64,000 nt of DNA from Treponemataceae bacterium. Its GTDB lineage: Bacteria; Spirochaetota; Spirochaetia; Treponematales; Treponemataceae. How positions within the stretch are numbered: position 1 is the first letter of the stretch; each line of letters starts with the position of its first letter. The notes beneath the pieces are model-generated. The model saw only the letters and a program-made list of their open reading frames with translations. It ran no database searches and was not told the origin of the DNA. The DNA lies in assembly GCA_035270545.1 (NCBI GenBank), contig DATFIA010000304.1, positions 1,945 through 65,944 on the forward strand. The letters run 5' to 3'. Made by a program: the position numbers and the translations under genes. Shown in pieces: positions 9,859 to 19,388 of this stretch.

Positions 9859-10074
9859 TTATGCTATTGCTGCTACTCTTGTTTCTGCTATTTCTACAAG
9901 ATAACCTGTTCTTACACAACTTTCAAAAAGAATGCGAGACATGAATTCTTCTATTATTTTTTCGTAACCGTCGAGATCACGATAAATACGAACCATATAC
10001 CCTTCATCGGTTTCGCTAATTATAGACAGATAGTCTGTTGAACCGGGGTTGCTTTTAATGCAGTAGTTTTTCAT
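9859..10074 (-). CDS. Hypothetical small protein (71 aa)
   Basis: ATG 10074 is preceded by GGAGG (10080-10084). No recognised domain. Confidence 0.55.
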   Translation of the reverse strand: MKNYCIKSNPGSTDYLSIISETDEGYMVRIYRDLDGYEKIIEEFMSRILFESCVRTGYLVEIAETRVAAIA

Positions 10075-10126
10075 CAAAACCTCCAGATATTACATTTTCG
10101 GGCAACAAAGGGACTCCCTTTAGCGT

Positions 10127-10132
10127 TATAAT
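10127..10132 (+). promoter_or_regulatory. Consensus -10 hexamer TATAAT ending 7 nt before the tatD ATG (possible leaderless transcript)
   Basis: TATAAT at 10127-10132, no SD before ATG 10140, weak -35. Confidence 0.35.
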
Positions 10133-10139
10133 AAGTTTT

Positions 10140-10883
10140 ATGTATACAGACGCTCATCTTCATCTTAAAGACTATGTTATGATTTCAGGAAATGAACCTA
10201 TTATTGGTGAAAATGATTATATCTGTGCATCTGCTCATAAAAGTGACGAGTTTATTTGGCAAGAGAATTTTGCTTTAAAATATCCAGGCCAGGTTTTATT
10301 ATCTTTTGGAATTCATCCTCAAAATCCAGATAATTCAGAATTTTCTTTTTTAGAAGACCTTGTTCGATCAAAGCGAATTTCTGCAATAGGTGAAAGTGGT
10401 TTTGACTTGTATTCAAAAGAATTTTCATTAAAGGCGAAATCTCAAGAACTTGTTTGGAATATTCAGCTTGATTTAGCTATTAAGGCGCAACTTCCCTTAG
10501 TGATTCATTGTAGAAAAGCTTTGCATCTTCTTTTTGCCGATTCAAAAAGGCTCTCTTTGTTACCTGCAGTAGTATTTCATGGATGGTCCGGTTCGGCCGT
10601 AGAAGCTCAGTCCTTTTTATCTCGCAACGTGCAGGCTTTTTTTTGTGTTGGAAAAGCATTGCTTCGAGGGGATCGCTCCTTACTAGAAACTATTAAAAAC
10701 ATACCTATGTCACAAATTTTAACCGAGACAGATGCTCCTTACATGACTCTTAAAGGCGAATCTTTTTCTATGCCTTCGGATATTGTCGCGGTTTCAAAAG
10801 AGGCCGCTTTAATTGCAGGATATTCAGTTGAAGGTTTTTGTTTTAATGTAAAAGAAAATTTTAAACGAGCGTTTAGTATGTAA
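10140..10883 (+). CDS. TatD-family metal-dependent hydrolase/DNase
   Basis: YTDAHLHL, GESGFDLY, HCRKA and TETDAPYM motifs. Confidence 0.88.
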   Translation: MYTDAHLHLKDYVMISGNEPIIGENDYICASAHKSDEFIWQENFALKYPGQVLLSFGIHPQNPDNSEFSFLEDLVRSKRISAIGESGFDLYSKEFSLKAKSQELVWNIQLDLAIKAQLPLVIHCRKALHLLFADSKRLSLLPAVVFHGWSGSAVEAQSFLSRNVQAFFCVGKALLRGDRSLLETIKNIPMSQILTETDAPYMTLKGESFSMPSDIVAVSKEAALIAGYSVEGFCFNVKENFKRAFSM

Positions 10884-10919
10884 GTACAAAAACTATTACC
10901 TAGCAGCTCTTTAGAAGTT

Positions 10920-12536
10920 CTAGCAGCTTGTGATGTTGCTTATAAATGCGTAAAAGTCTTCCCCTTTATCATTTATAAGCACAAAGGCAGGTAGGTCTAT
11001 AAGTGTTATTTTTCGAACAGCTTCCATTCCTAGATCGGGGTAATCGAGAATTTCACTCTTCCTAATGTGTTTTTCCGCTATCAATGCTGCAGCTCCCCCG
11101 ACTGTTCCCAGATATGTTCCTCCATATTGCTCACATGCTTTACGCCATGACTCGCTCCTATTTCCTTTTGCAAGAGTCACGAGGGAACAATTTCTACTCA
11201 TCAGTTCTTCTGCATATTCATCCATGCGACCTGCAGTTGTAGGGCCAAAGCTTCCGGTAATGCAGCTAGGAGGTGTTTCTGAAGGTCCAGCATATAAAAT
11301 TGCATATTGTGTAGTATAAGAGGGAAGAGGCATGCCAGCGCGAAGATTTTCTCTCCAGCGTGCATGGGCTGCATCTCGAGCGACTAGAATGTCTCCAGAA
11401 AGAAGAACTGGAGTGCCAGGAGAAAGTTTAGAAAGAATTTTTCTAACATTTTCTATTCCTTCGTCAAGGTTAATTAAACAGCATCCTGTTAAACCGCTTT
11501 TTGTATACTTAGCCGCTTCTAATAAACCCGGTATAGAGGCAGGGTTAGAAACAGTAGCTTCAAGGTGAATCCCTTCTTCGTCAATAAAGCCGTGAAGATT
11601 TCGGTGTGCAGAACAAGAAACTCCAATTGATACTGGGCAACTTGCACCGTGGCGAGGCAGTCGAAAAACACGAGCAGATATTGCGAGAGCCTTGCCCCCA
11701 AACTGCGCTCCAAGCCCTGTTTCTTCGGCAATCGTAATAACTTTTTTTTCCCATTCGTGAATGCGTAGTGGTATAACGCCGTAAACACGATAGTCCCAAC
11801 CCGAAAGTGTTTGATCAAAATATCCGGCAGTAGCAAGCTTTAGCGCTAGAAGATTTTGTTCTGGGCTTAAACCGCCTACTATTATACAAATAGAATAGGG
11901 TGGACATGCTGCTGTCCCAAGAGCTTGTATTTGTTTGCGAAGAAAAATGGTAAAGGCTTCTTCATTCAATAATGCCTTTGTAGCTTGAACAAGATGTGTT
12001 TTATTTGAGGATCCGCCACCTTTAGCGCAAAAAAGAAATCTCCAAGTTGGTTTGCTTTCTTTTGTATTATTTCCATTAAAGAGAGCTATTTGAACAGGTA
12101 AATTTGTTGAAGGATTAGTTTCTTCGAAAAGACTTGTAGGTATTGTTGTTGAAAATCTAAGATTTTTTTCAGTCCATGTCTTTGTTGTTCCTTCTGAAAG
12201 AGGTTCTATTGGGTCATATCCTGTAAAAATAGTTTCATCTTTCCATGCAAAAATTTGTGCAATTCCTGTATCTTGGCAGAGGGGATATTGTTCTTTAGCT
12301 GAAATAAGAGCATTTTGAAGTAAAAAAGATGCAACTAGACGATCATTTACGCTGTTAAGCGGTTCATGAACAATTGCAGTTAGGTGTTCTAGGTGTTTTT
12401 GAGTAAAGGTAAAGGAAAGCCTTTCAAAGGCTTTTTGCGCGATTAAAGAGAGCGTTTCAGGGGGGATAATGAAAATATTTTCGCTCGGTTTATATTCACA
12501 GGGTGGAATTAGAGTGTTAAAAGTATCAAAATCCAT
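10920..12536 (-). CDS. Class I (Fe-S) fumarate hydratase, fused alpha/beta
   Basis: CQDTGIAQIF in the N-terminal hydro-lyase domain and a C-terminal beta-type domain (GTVGGAAALIA); 538 aa. Confidence 0.85.
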   Translation of the reverse strand: MDFDTFNTLIPPCEYKPSENIFIIPPETLSLIAQKAFERLSFTFTQKHLEHLTAIVHEPLNSVNDRLVASFLLQNALISAKEQYPLCQDTGIAQIFAWKDETIFTGYDPIEPLSEGTTKTWTEKNLRFSTTIPTSLFEETNPSTNLPVQIALFNGNNTKESKPTWRFLFCAKGGGSSNKTHLVQATKALLNEEAFTIFLRKQIQALGTAACPPYSICIIVGGLSPEQNLLALKLATAGYFDQTLSGWDYRVYGVIPLRIHEWEKKVITIAEETGLGAQFGGKALAISARVFRLPRHGASCPVSIGVSCSAHRNLHGFIDEEGIHLEATVSNPASIPGLLEAAKYTKSGLTGCCLINLDEGIENVRKILSKLSPGTPVLLSGDILVARDAAHARWRENLRAGMPLPSYTTQYAILYAGPSETPPSCITGSFGPTTAGRMDEYAEELMSRNCSLVTLAKGNRSESWRKACEQYGGTYLGTVGGAAALIAEKHIRKSEILDYPDLGMEAVRKITLIDLPAFVLINDKGEDFYAFISNITSC

Positions 12537-12607
12537 AGAAAAATAAGTATAGCCGTCATGGTGACTTTTTGCTATACTTTATTTTTATAAAGTTTTCTGG
12601 AGGCTGT

Positions 12608-14284
12608 ATGTCTTTATTGTTGTATCTCAATGCTATAATTGCACTTCTTTTTTCTGCAACGTGTTTTATTCCTGCGCTGGATATTTCTTTTTTTGGTTTC
12701 ATTCTTACAACAGCTTTTTCAGTGTTTTCACTTTTTCTTTCAATACGATTTATTTCTAATCCAGATCGTAAACGTCTTGGCCTTTTGAGAAAATTACTCG
12801 AATACCTTCCTTTTATACTATTTGCTGGATTTATTTTGCGTCGATCTGGTCATGCAGATGGTTTTTTTCTGTTAGATCTTGTTTCAGTTCTTTTTTGGAT
12901 TTGTTCTTCAGGCTTGATTATGTTTATTTCATTTAAACTTTCAGATAAGCGTGTAGAAAAACTATATCCTGATCTTGAAAAACAAAAACCGAGGAACAAA
13001 AGTATTCCTTTTCAAGCCTTAGAATGGATCGATGCCCTTTTACAGGCTGCATGCCTTGTTGTTTTACTGCAACTATTTTTTTTCCAGTTGTATATTATCC
13101 CTTCAGAATCTATGGTTCCGGGTTTTATGATAAAAGACAGAGTTGTGGTTGTAAAAACAACATCTGGTCCAAAGTTTCCTCTTTCAAACGTTGGTATTCC
13201 ACTCCTAAAATCTTACAAGCGCGGTGATATTGTTGTTTTTAGCAATCCTCATTATAACGACACGAAGGAAGCGCGAGTTCGATCCTTCGCTTCCCAGTTT
13301 GTGTATATGCTAACTTTTACAACAGTGAATATTAACCGCGATGAATACGGCGAATTAAAGGCAGATCCTTTAGTTAAAAGGGTTGTAGGAGTTCCAGGCG
13401 AAAAACTGATGATGGTAGATGGAGTATTGTATTCCAAAACAGCAAGCTCAGATGATTTTATGCCTGTTCAACAAGATTCACGTTGGGCTGCTTGGAATGT
13501 CGCTGCCTTACCACGTTCTGAACTCGCTCTTGTAAAACAAATTCCCCTTACATCAGATCTATTTATGCGTATGGAGTCTGTTGAGTCTATTCGAGCCAAT
13601 GTTGATCCTATTCTTTATGAAGCAGAGGCACTCGCTCTTGTTAAAAAATTTGAATCGTTAAAACCGAGTCGCGATACTGTTTCAGTTGCACCCGATTTAT
13701 TCCCTCGTTCTCGACGAGAAATTTCTTCTCTTTTCTTATCAAATGATGAGGTTACTCGAATTTTGTTGACTACAAATGGAGGTTCTCTTTGGTTTAAGGA
13801 GTTTATGACTGCCTGGGCTGTTGAAAAAAATAGAGAGAACCTTTTTGAGACTCGCTCAATGCAGATGAATTTACTCTTAAAATTAAACTTTGGTAAACTC
13901 GTGGTACGGAATGCAGAACTTTTAACTGCTGGAGTATCTACTGAACAGTACCAGATGGATGGAGATAGAGCTGCTCTCTTTTCAGATGCAGAATCTCTTA
14001 GGTTTTATATGAATTTACATGATCAAAGAAATATGGGTGAGTTTCCAAAAGGGAAAAATGAATTTATTCCCTCTCATTCATTTATGATGATGGGCGATAA
14101 CCGATTTAATTCATTAGATATGAGACATTCCTATGAAGTCCGTCTTGCCAACATCGATGACATGGATCCGTATTCTTTTGTATATCGCTCAAATCTTGCT
14201 CCTCAGTATGTACAGGATAGTAAAATCCTTGGTACAGCTGCTTTGCGATTTTGGCCTATTTCTCGATTCGGCATACCTGAATAA
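12608..14284 (+). CDS. lepB: Signal peptidase I with a long multi-TM N-terminal extension
   Basis: SESMVPGF (Ser box), KRVVGVPGE, GDNRFNSLDMRH. GGAGG at 12599-12603 precedes ATG 12608. Confidence 0.88.
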   Translation: MSLLLYLNAIIALLFSATCFIPALDISFFGFILTTAFSVFSLFLSIRFISNPDRKRLGLLRKLLEYLPFILFAGFILRRSGHADGFFLLDLVSVLFWICSSGLIMFISFKLSDKRVEKLYPDLEKQKPRNKSIPFQALEWIDALLQAACLVVLLQLFFFQLYIIPSESMVPGFMIKDRVVVVKTTSGPKFPLSNVGIPLLKSYKRGDIVVFSNPHYNDTKEARVRSFASQFVYMLTFTTVNINRDEYGELKADPLVKRVVGVPGEKLMMVDGVLYSKTASSDDFMPVQQDSRWAAWNVAALPRSELALVKQIPLTSDLFMRMESVESIRANVDPILYEAEALALVKKFESLKPSRDTVSVAPDLFPRSRREISSLFLSNDEVTRILLTTNGGSLWFKEFMTAWAVEKNRENLFETRSMQMNLLLKLNFGKLVVRNAELLTAGVSTEQYQMDGDRAALFSDAESLRFYMNLHDQRNMGEFPKGKNEFIPSHSFMMMGDNRFNSLDMRHSYEVRLANIDDMDPYSFVYRSNLAPQYVQDSKILGTAALRFWPISRFGIPE

Positions 14285-14322
14285 AAAAATGCCCCCTTGA
14301 AGCTTTTGCTTCTAGGGGGCAT
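14283..14322. terminator. Strong hairpin between convergent genes; canonical terminator for the minus-strand operon
   Basis: ATGCCCCCT..(GAAGC-TTTT-GCTTC)..AGGGGGCAT. The A7 run on the plus side becomes a U-run only for minus-strand transcripts. Confidence 0.8.
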
Positions 14323-14355
14323 TCAGAACTTTACTTGTTGTATTGATTATAATTT

Positions 14356-15894
14356 TTATTGCAATCCGTTTTGTTCAGTAAAAGATTGAATTTCAGAAAG
14401 GGTAGGAGACCATGGAAACCCATCTGCTCTGTCTTCCTTAATATCTTCAAGCAGTTTTTTACCATCGCTTTCAACGAGTATTCTTTTTACTGGTTGTATG
14501 TCAGAAACAAGCCATCTGTCTTTTACCCATTTTAATGTAATTTTGTCTTCATAGGAATACACACTAAGTTGAACAAAGTCTTCCGTTTGTTCTTCTGTGT
14601 AGGGCATCCATAAATAAAAAGAAGCCGTATATTGGGATTCAGAATCTGTTTCACCTATTCTCTGTATATGTAATCTTGTTATTCCATATATCATTCTGTT
14701 GTTCGTTTTCTTAATTACATATAGTTCAGCAGGAGAGAGCAGCCCTCCATTTCGCTCATAGGCTTCTCTCATTTTTGAAGTAACGAACAAGTTAGTTATA
14801 AAAGAGTCGTAATCTGTTTTAAGACCTTTTACTGCATATGTAGTAGAAATTTCTTGATCCAGATTTTCAATACCTTTGTAGTATCCCAGTACTATTTCAG
14901 AGGTATTCATGTTTTTTGTGTTTGGCTTGTTTTTTATGTCTGAAAACATTGTTAATCCAATTAATGATCCTATAAGAGCAATAATTCCCACAATCATAAG
15001 AACAGAACGACGTTTTCTGAAAAATTGTTTTCTTTTTAGGCCCGCATTTCTTTTCTTTTTTGCAGATTCCCTTTGAGCAATAAATGTTTCAGAATTTTCT
15101 ATTTCTGCACGACTTGGGTCGTAAAGTACAGATATATCTGGGCCAAATGCAAGGAGTGTTTCTGTTGAGGCTGCAGATGTTGCTGTTATGAGAGAATCTA
15201 CCGCCTGAGCAGCAGCTGGTTTTAAGGATCCTTTTGCAAGCAAGAGTTCTTCAAAAATCCCATTTCTCATTTTTTCGGAAAGACTTTCTCCCATATTTTC
15301 AAGATCATCACCCTCAAAAGGTAATTTTCCAGATAATATTCTATAGGCACAAACACCTGCCATAAAAGAAATAGCCCTCATAGGATTATGAAGGCGGTGA
15401 TCAGGATGAATCCAAGCAAGTCTATACGCAATTTCTTTTTCTGCTCCATGATTACTCGTGCAGCGGGAGCATAATTCTCCTGGAAGTAATAAAATGCTAT
15501 TATCATTTCCATAAATTATAGCCATGGGCCCTGCCGAGCCCAATGCTGTTATAAATGAAGTGCTAAGTTTTTCGGCAATAATAGCCTTGTTAATGCTACT
15601 TATAGTTTGATGAAGAATATTCCATGCGTGTACACTATCCTTCAAAATAATATCGAGCAAAGATTCACCATCAAAGAGTGGGCCCCAGAACTCCATTCGT
15701 TCACGGTTCCCATCAGTATTACACCGCGTTCCTTCAAAGTGCCAAGAAGATATCTCACCGTTAGGAGAAATGATAAAACCTTCAAGGCTTTGTAAACGCG
15801 GCATACTGCTTTGAGCAAAAGAGCGAGGAGTCATGCCTGTATCTATTGCAAGAACAGCTTTGCCCTCATGCTGAAGCTTTTTAATTAATCCCAT
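14356..15894 (-). CDS. Membrane protein with degenerate protein-kinase-like N-domain, one TM helix and a C-terminal extracytoplasmic domain
   Basis: WIHPDHRLHNPMRAISFMAGVCAYRILSGKLPF resembles the APE/alpha-F region of Ser/Thr kinases, but no HRD or DFG motif was seen. TM helix VLMIVGIIALIGSLIGLTMF. Confidence 0.6.
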   Translation of the reverse strand: MGLIKKLQHEGKAVLAIDTGMTPRSFAQSSMPRLQSLEGFIISPNGEISSWHFEGTRCNTDGNRERMEFWGPLFDGESLLDIILKDSVHAWNILHQTISSINKAIIAEKLSTSFITALGSAGPMAIIYGNDNSILLLPGELCSRCTSNHGAEKEIAYRLAWIHPDHRLHNPMRAISFMAGVCAYRILSGKLPFEGDDLENMGESLSEKMRNGIFEELLLAKGSLKPAAAQAVDSLITATSAASTETLLAFGPDISVLYDPSRAEIENSETFIAQRESAKKKRNAGLKRKQFFRKRRSVLMIVGIIALIGSLIGLTMFSDIKNKPNTKNMNTSEIVLGYYKGIENLDQEISTTYAVKGLKTDYDSFITNLFVTSKMREAYERNGGLLSPAELYVIKKTNNRMIYGITRLHIQRIGETDSESQYTASFYLWMPYTEEQTEDFVQLSVYSYEDKITLKWVKDRWLVSDIQPVKRILVESDGKKLLEDIKEDRADGFPWSPTLSEIQSFTEQNGLQ

Positions 15895-15897
15895 TTC

Positions 15898-16881
15898 TTA
15901 GCGACCATTTGGAGCATAAAGATATTTAAAGAAATCCATATCAGTTGACAGTACTTTATCAAAGTTTCCAAGAGTAGTTCGATATGTTTCTATACTTTTC
16001 CAGAAACTGTAAAATTCAGGATCTTTATTATAAGACTCTGCATATATACGAGATGCTTCAGCATCTGATGTTCCCTTCAAAGTTTCTGCTTTATTGTAGG
16101 CACTTGAAAGGAGTGTTTTCCTTTCGTTTTCTAGTTTACCCATCCATTCTGCTTTCTTTCCTTCACCGGTTGAACGGAAGGTTTGGGCAATTTGGTTTCG
16201 CTCTTTAACCATTCGTTTATACACGCTTTCAGTTAATTCATCTGAGTACTTAATTTGACGCAATACAATATCTATGAGTTCAATACCAAAGCCTGAAACT
16301 TTTTCAGCGGCTTTGTCCGCCATTTCTTTGCTAAGTTCCTGCCTCCCACGCTTAATGTCTTCATAGGTTAATTTTTCACCGGTAATTTGGCTCAGTTGAA
16401 CTTCCTCTGCATCTGCTCCTAGAGCAAAGTTTTCAATGTGTTGGAGTTCATTTATCAGGTTAGAATTTCTCACTACATCATTAAGACTCGATGATGTAAT
16501 AACAGTTCTGACTGCTGAGTCAATAATATCGCTGAGGCGTGAATATGCCCCTTCAATAGTTGTAATAGATTCATAGAATTTTACTGGGTCAGTAATTTTC
16601 CATCTGCTTGTCGTATCAACAATGATAAATTGATTCTCTTTTGTTGGAATACGTTGTGAGTCACCGTCAAGTGCCATTACTTTTTTTGGATAGGTTATAA
16701 CCACATCAATAAATGGTACTCGAACATGAAGTCCGGCTTCAGAAGTTGAATGCACTATTTCACCAAAACGAGTAATAACAACTTGATTCCCCTCGTTTAA
16801 TATATAGAAAGGATTAGCAGCGATGAATAGAATAACAATGACAGCAAGTGCTATAAGTATTTTTGTTGCAGTAGATTTCAT
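15898..16881 (-). CDS. hflC: FtsH protease modulator HflC (SPFH/band-7)
   Basis: N-terminal TM plus SPFH domain; second gene of an hflK-hflC pair. Confidence 0.85.
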   Translation of the reverse strand: MKSTATKILIALAVIVILFIAANPFYILNEGNQVVITRFGEIVHSTSEAGLHVRVPFIDVVITYPKKVMALDGDSQRIPTKENQFIIVDTTSRWKITDPVKFYESITTIEGAYSRLSDIIDSAVRTVITSSSLNDVVRNSNLINELQHIENFALGADAEEVQLSQITGEKLTYEDIKRGRQELSKEMADKAAEKVSGFGIELIDIVLRQIKYSDELTESVYKRMVKERNQIAQTFRSTGEGKKAEWMGKLENERKTLLSSAYNKAETLKGTSDAEASRIYAESYNKDPEFYSFWKSIETYRTTLGNFDKVLSTDMDFFKYLYAPNGR

Positions 16882-17852
16882 CAGTTACCTCCTTTATTAA
16901 AACTTTGCATTGGAAGGAAGTTCTCTAGTTTTTTATCTACAAGAGTAGTTCCTGTCTTTTCGGAAAATAAGGTTTCTATAGTTTCAAGATAAAGTCTTCT
17001 CCGTGTTACTTCAGGAGCCTTTCTATATTCTGCATATACAGAATTAAATCGAGCTACATCTCCTCTAGCCCTATTTACACGTTCTGCTGCATATCCTTGA
17101 GCTTGCTGTATCAGTTTTTCAGCTTCACCTGAGGCTTTTGGAATTTCAGCGTTATATGCTTCTTTTCCCTCGTTTATTAGGCGGTTCATATCTTGAATTG
17201 CTTTGTTAACATCTTCAAAAGCAGATTGAACACCTGCTGGTGGTACTATATTTTGAAGCTGAACTGCCGTTATTGTAACTCCCAGACCAAACTGTTTAAG
17301 TTGGTCATTCATCATCATAATTGAATTGTTTTCAATTGCAGTTCTTTCAGGTCCAATAACATCAAGAATTGCCCTGTCTCCAACCAACATGTTTATGACA
17401 GATTGTGATATGTCTCGAATAGTTGTATTTCGTACATTTTCATGTACATTAAAAAGCCATCCACGTGGATCGTTAATTCTATACTGAATAATCCATTCAA
17501 CATCAACAATATTTAAATCTCCCGTTAACATAGTAGATTCACGAGTAAGATTGTTTTGATACGTGTTTGAAACAGCGCCTTTAACGGTTCTAAAACCAAA
17601 CTGTTCTGTTTGAATCCGTTTTGTTGGAACGTTGAAGCTTCGGTCTATTCCAAGGGGTAACTTAAAATGTAGACCAGGTCCGACTGTAGTTGCATATTTT
17701 CCTAAGCGAGTTATAACCGCTTCTTCGGTCTGATCAACTACGAAAAAACTTGTGCTACCTACTGCAAGAAGCGCAACCACTGCGACTAGAAGTAAGATCA
17801 AAGATGGTGAAAGCCAATCAGGTTTTGACTTTTTTTCATTGGTGGTATCCAT
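16881..17852 (-). CDS. hflK: FtsH protease modulator HflK (SPFH/band-7)
   Basis: TM plus SPFH domain (VDQTEEAVITRLGKY...GPGLHFKLP). Stop overlaps the hflC start. Confidence 0.85.
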   Translation of the reverse strand: MDTTNEKKSKPDWLSPSLILLLVAVVALLAVGSTSFFVVDQTEEAVITRLGKYATTVGPGLHFKLPLGIDRSFNVPTKRIQTEQFGFRTVKGAVSNTYQNNLTRESTMLTGDLNIVDVEWIIQYRINDPRGWLFNVHENVRNTTIRDISQSVINMLVGDRAILDVIGPERTAIENNSIMMMNDQLKQFGLGVTITAVQLQNIVPPAGVQSAFEDVNKAIQDMNRLINEGKEAYNAEIPKASGEAEKLIQQAQGYAAERVNRARGDVARFNSVYAEYRKAPEVTRRRLYLETIETLFSEKTGTTLVDKKLENFLPMQSFNKGGN

Positions 17853-17912
17853 AAAACCTCCGTAATACGTATTATTAATGTATCCAAATACACGGGCGAG
17901 GGCAAGTTACTC

Positions 17913-17941
17913 TTGAATTTAATAGGAAATTTGTATATATT
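17913..17941 (+). promoter_or_regulatory. Sigma70-type promoter TTGAAT - 17 nt - TATATT directly in front of rpoZ
   Basis: -35 at 17913-17918 and -10 at 17936-17941. The A of ATG (17949) lies 8 nt after the -10. Confidence 0.45.
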
Positions 17942-17948
17942 ATTACAT

Positions 17949-18140
17949 ATGATATTTCCATTAGAACAGCTCGTTGAATTTACGGGCAATGTATACGAGA
18001 TTACCTGTGCTTCTATTCGACGTGCATACCAGCTTTCTATGGTTCGCGATGCTTCTATAGAAGAAAACGACGGAAAGGTCGTTTCTTTAGCAGCCCGTCA
18101 GGTCTTTACCAATATGGTAGAGTATAAAATCGAAGATTAG
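17949..18140 (+). CDS. rpoZ: DNA-directed RNA polymerase subunit omega
   Basis: MIFPLEQLVEFTGNVYEITCASIRRAYQL is a typical omega N-terminus; 63 aa. Confidence 0.8.
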   Translation: MIFPLEQLVEFTGNVYEITCASIRRAYQLSMVRDASIEENDGKVVSLAARQVFTNMVEYKIED

Positions 18141-18155
18141 TACTTTCTGTATTCC

Positions 18156-19139
18156 GTGAACTCTCTGCAACCTGAGATTCCTGTTCTAGTAATTTTTGGA
18201 ACGACAGCTTCCGGTAAAACATCATTGGCCGGACAGCTGTTTTCCAAAGCTATTACCTTAAAGGGAAAATCTTTATTTCCTGAATTGCGAGGTATGGCTG
18301 AAATAATTAGCGCCGATTCTATGCAGGTTTACCGTGGCATGGATATCGGAACTGCTAAACCTTCCAAAGATTTTATTTTTTCTCTCCCTCATCATCTTAT
18401 AGATATTTGTAACCCCTGTGAACAATTTTCTGCTGGCGATTTTGTTCGTTTGGCAGACGAAAAATGTATAGAAATTTTTAATCGCGGAAAATTACCTGTA
18501 GTCTTAGGTGGAACTGCTTTTTATATTAAACATTTTTTATATGGATTGCCTGTAACTCCTGAATCAAAGCCTGAAGTTCGTCTACGCTTTAAAAACAGAG
18601 CCTTGGTTGAAGGTGTTTCTGTTCTATATGCAGAACTCTGTGCAAAAGATCCTTATAGTGCAAAAGTAATTCATCCTCATGACGAATACAGAATTATTCG
18701 AGCCCTTGAAGTGTTAGAAATTTCAGGTCTTCCTCGTAGTGAGCATTCCGTATCCCATACGTTACGTCCTGGCTTCAAATTTTTTCCTATTGCTCTAGAT
18801 CGGCCTCGAAAAGAAATTTTCGAACGCATCGATTCTCGTGTTGAAGATATGTTTAATGAAGGTCTTTTTGAAGAATGGAAACAATTGGGTTCCCTTGGTT
18901 ATTCGCAAAACGATCCTGGAATGCAAGCAATTGGATATCGTGAGTTTTTTTTGACAGATCCCCCGGGTAGCGATCTTGAATTCATAAAAAAACGTATACA
19001 GCATAACAGTAAAAAATATGCAAAGCGACAAGAAACTTTTATTAGAAGTCTTCCTCACATTCAACATTTTGCACCAGATGATCTTGGTTCTATTTATAGG
19101 GCAGTACTTGACGGTTTTTTGCAATATGTGCATAATTAG
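18156..19139 (+). CDS. miaA: tRNA dimethylallyltransferase
   Basis: P-loop GTTASGKTS, ISADSMQVYRGMDIGTAKPS, GGTAFY and YAKRQETF. GTG start. Confidence 0.9.
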   Translation: MNSLQPEIPVLVIFGTTASGKTSLAGQLFSKAITLKGKSLFPELRGMAEIISADSMQVYRGMDIGTAKPSKDFIFSLPHHLIDICNPCEQFSAGDFVRLADEKCIEIFNRGKLPVVLGGTAFYIKHFLYGLPVTPESKPEVRLRFKNRALVEGVSVLYAELCAKDPYSAKVIHPHDEYRIIRALEVLEISGLPRSEHSVSHTLRPGFKFFPIALDRPRKEIFERIDSRVEDMFNEGLFEEWKQLGSLGYSQNDPGMQAIGYREFFLTDPPGSDLEFIKKRIQHNSKKYAKRQETFIRSLPHIQHFAPDDLGSIYRAVLDGFLQYVHN

Positions 19140-19165
19140 CAAACTTTATTGACAAGGAGTGCGAC

Positions 19166-19255
19166 GTGCCCTGCGGAAAAAAACGAAAACGACAGAAAAT
19201 CGCGACGCATAAGCGAAAGAAAAAACTCAGAAGAAATCGACACAAGAAAAAATAA
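19166..19255 (+). CDS. Very small, highly basic protein, bS22 / AURKAIP1-COX24-like (29 aa)
   Basis: GTG 19166 with AGGAG 6 nt upstream. Encodes VPCGKKRKRQKIATHKRKKKLRRNRHKKK then TAA. Not in the ORF track because it is under the length cutoff. Confidence 0.7.
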   Translation: MPCGKKRKRQKIATHKRKKKLRRNRHKKK

Positions 19256-19388
19256 TTAATATCCGGGCTTTTAGATTGCGTGTTTCGCTTTTTTGCCCGG
19301 AGATTTATCTTTTCGGGTAACAGTGATCTTCCGGTTCCTCCGGGAACACTGGATTCACTCTGTCTCGAGCGCGCTTATACGCTAAAGA

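Noticed and set aside
19256-19388. Tried to identify the structured region before dxs as SRP RNA, 6S RNA, a TPP riboswitch or a c-di-AMP (ydaO) riboswitch.
   Set aside because: None of the hallmark motifs is present on either strand: no SRP domain IV GGAAGCAGCC, no TPP CUGAGA/ACCUGA, and no ydaO ACGGGG/CCCGA pseudo-symmetric cores. It is left as an unassigned structured element.
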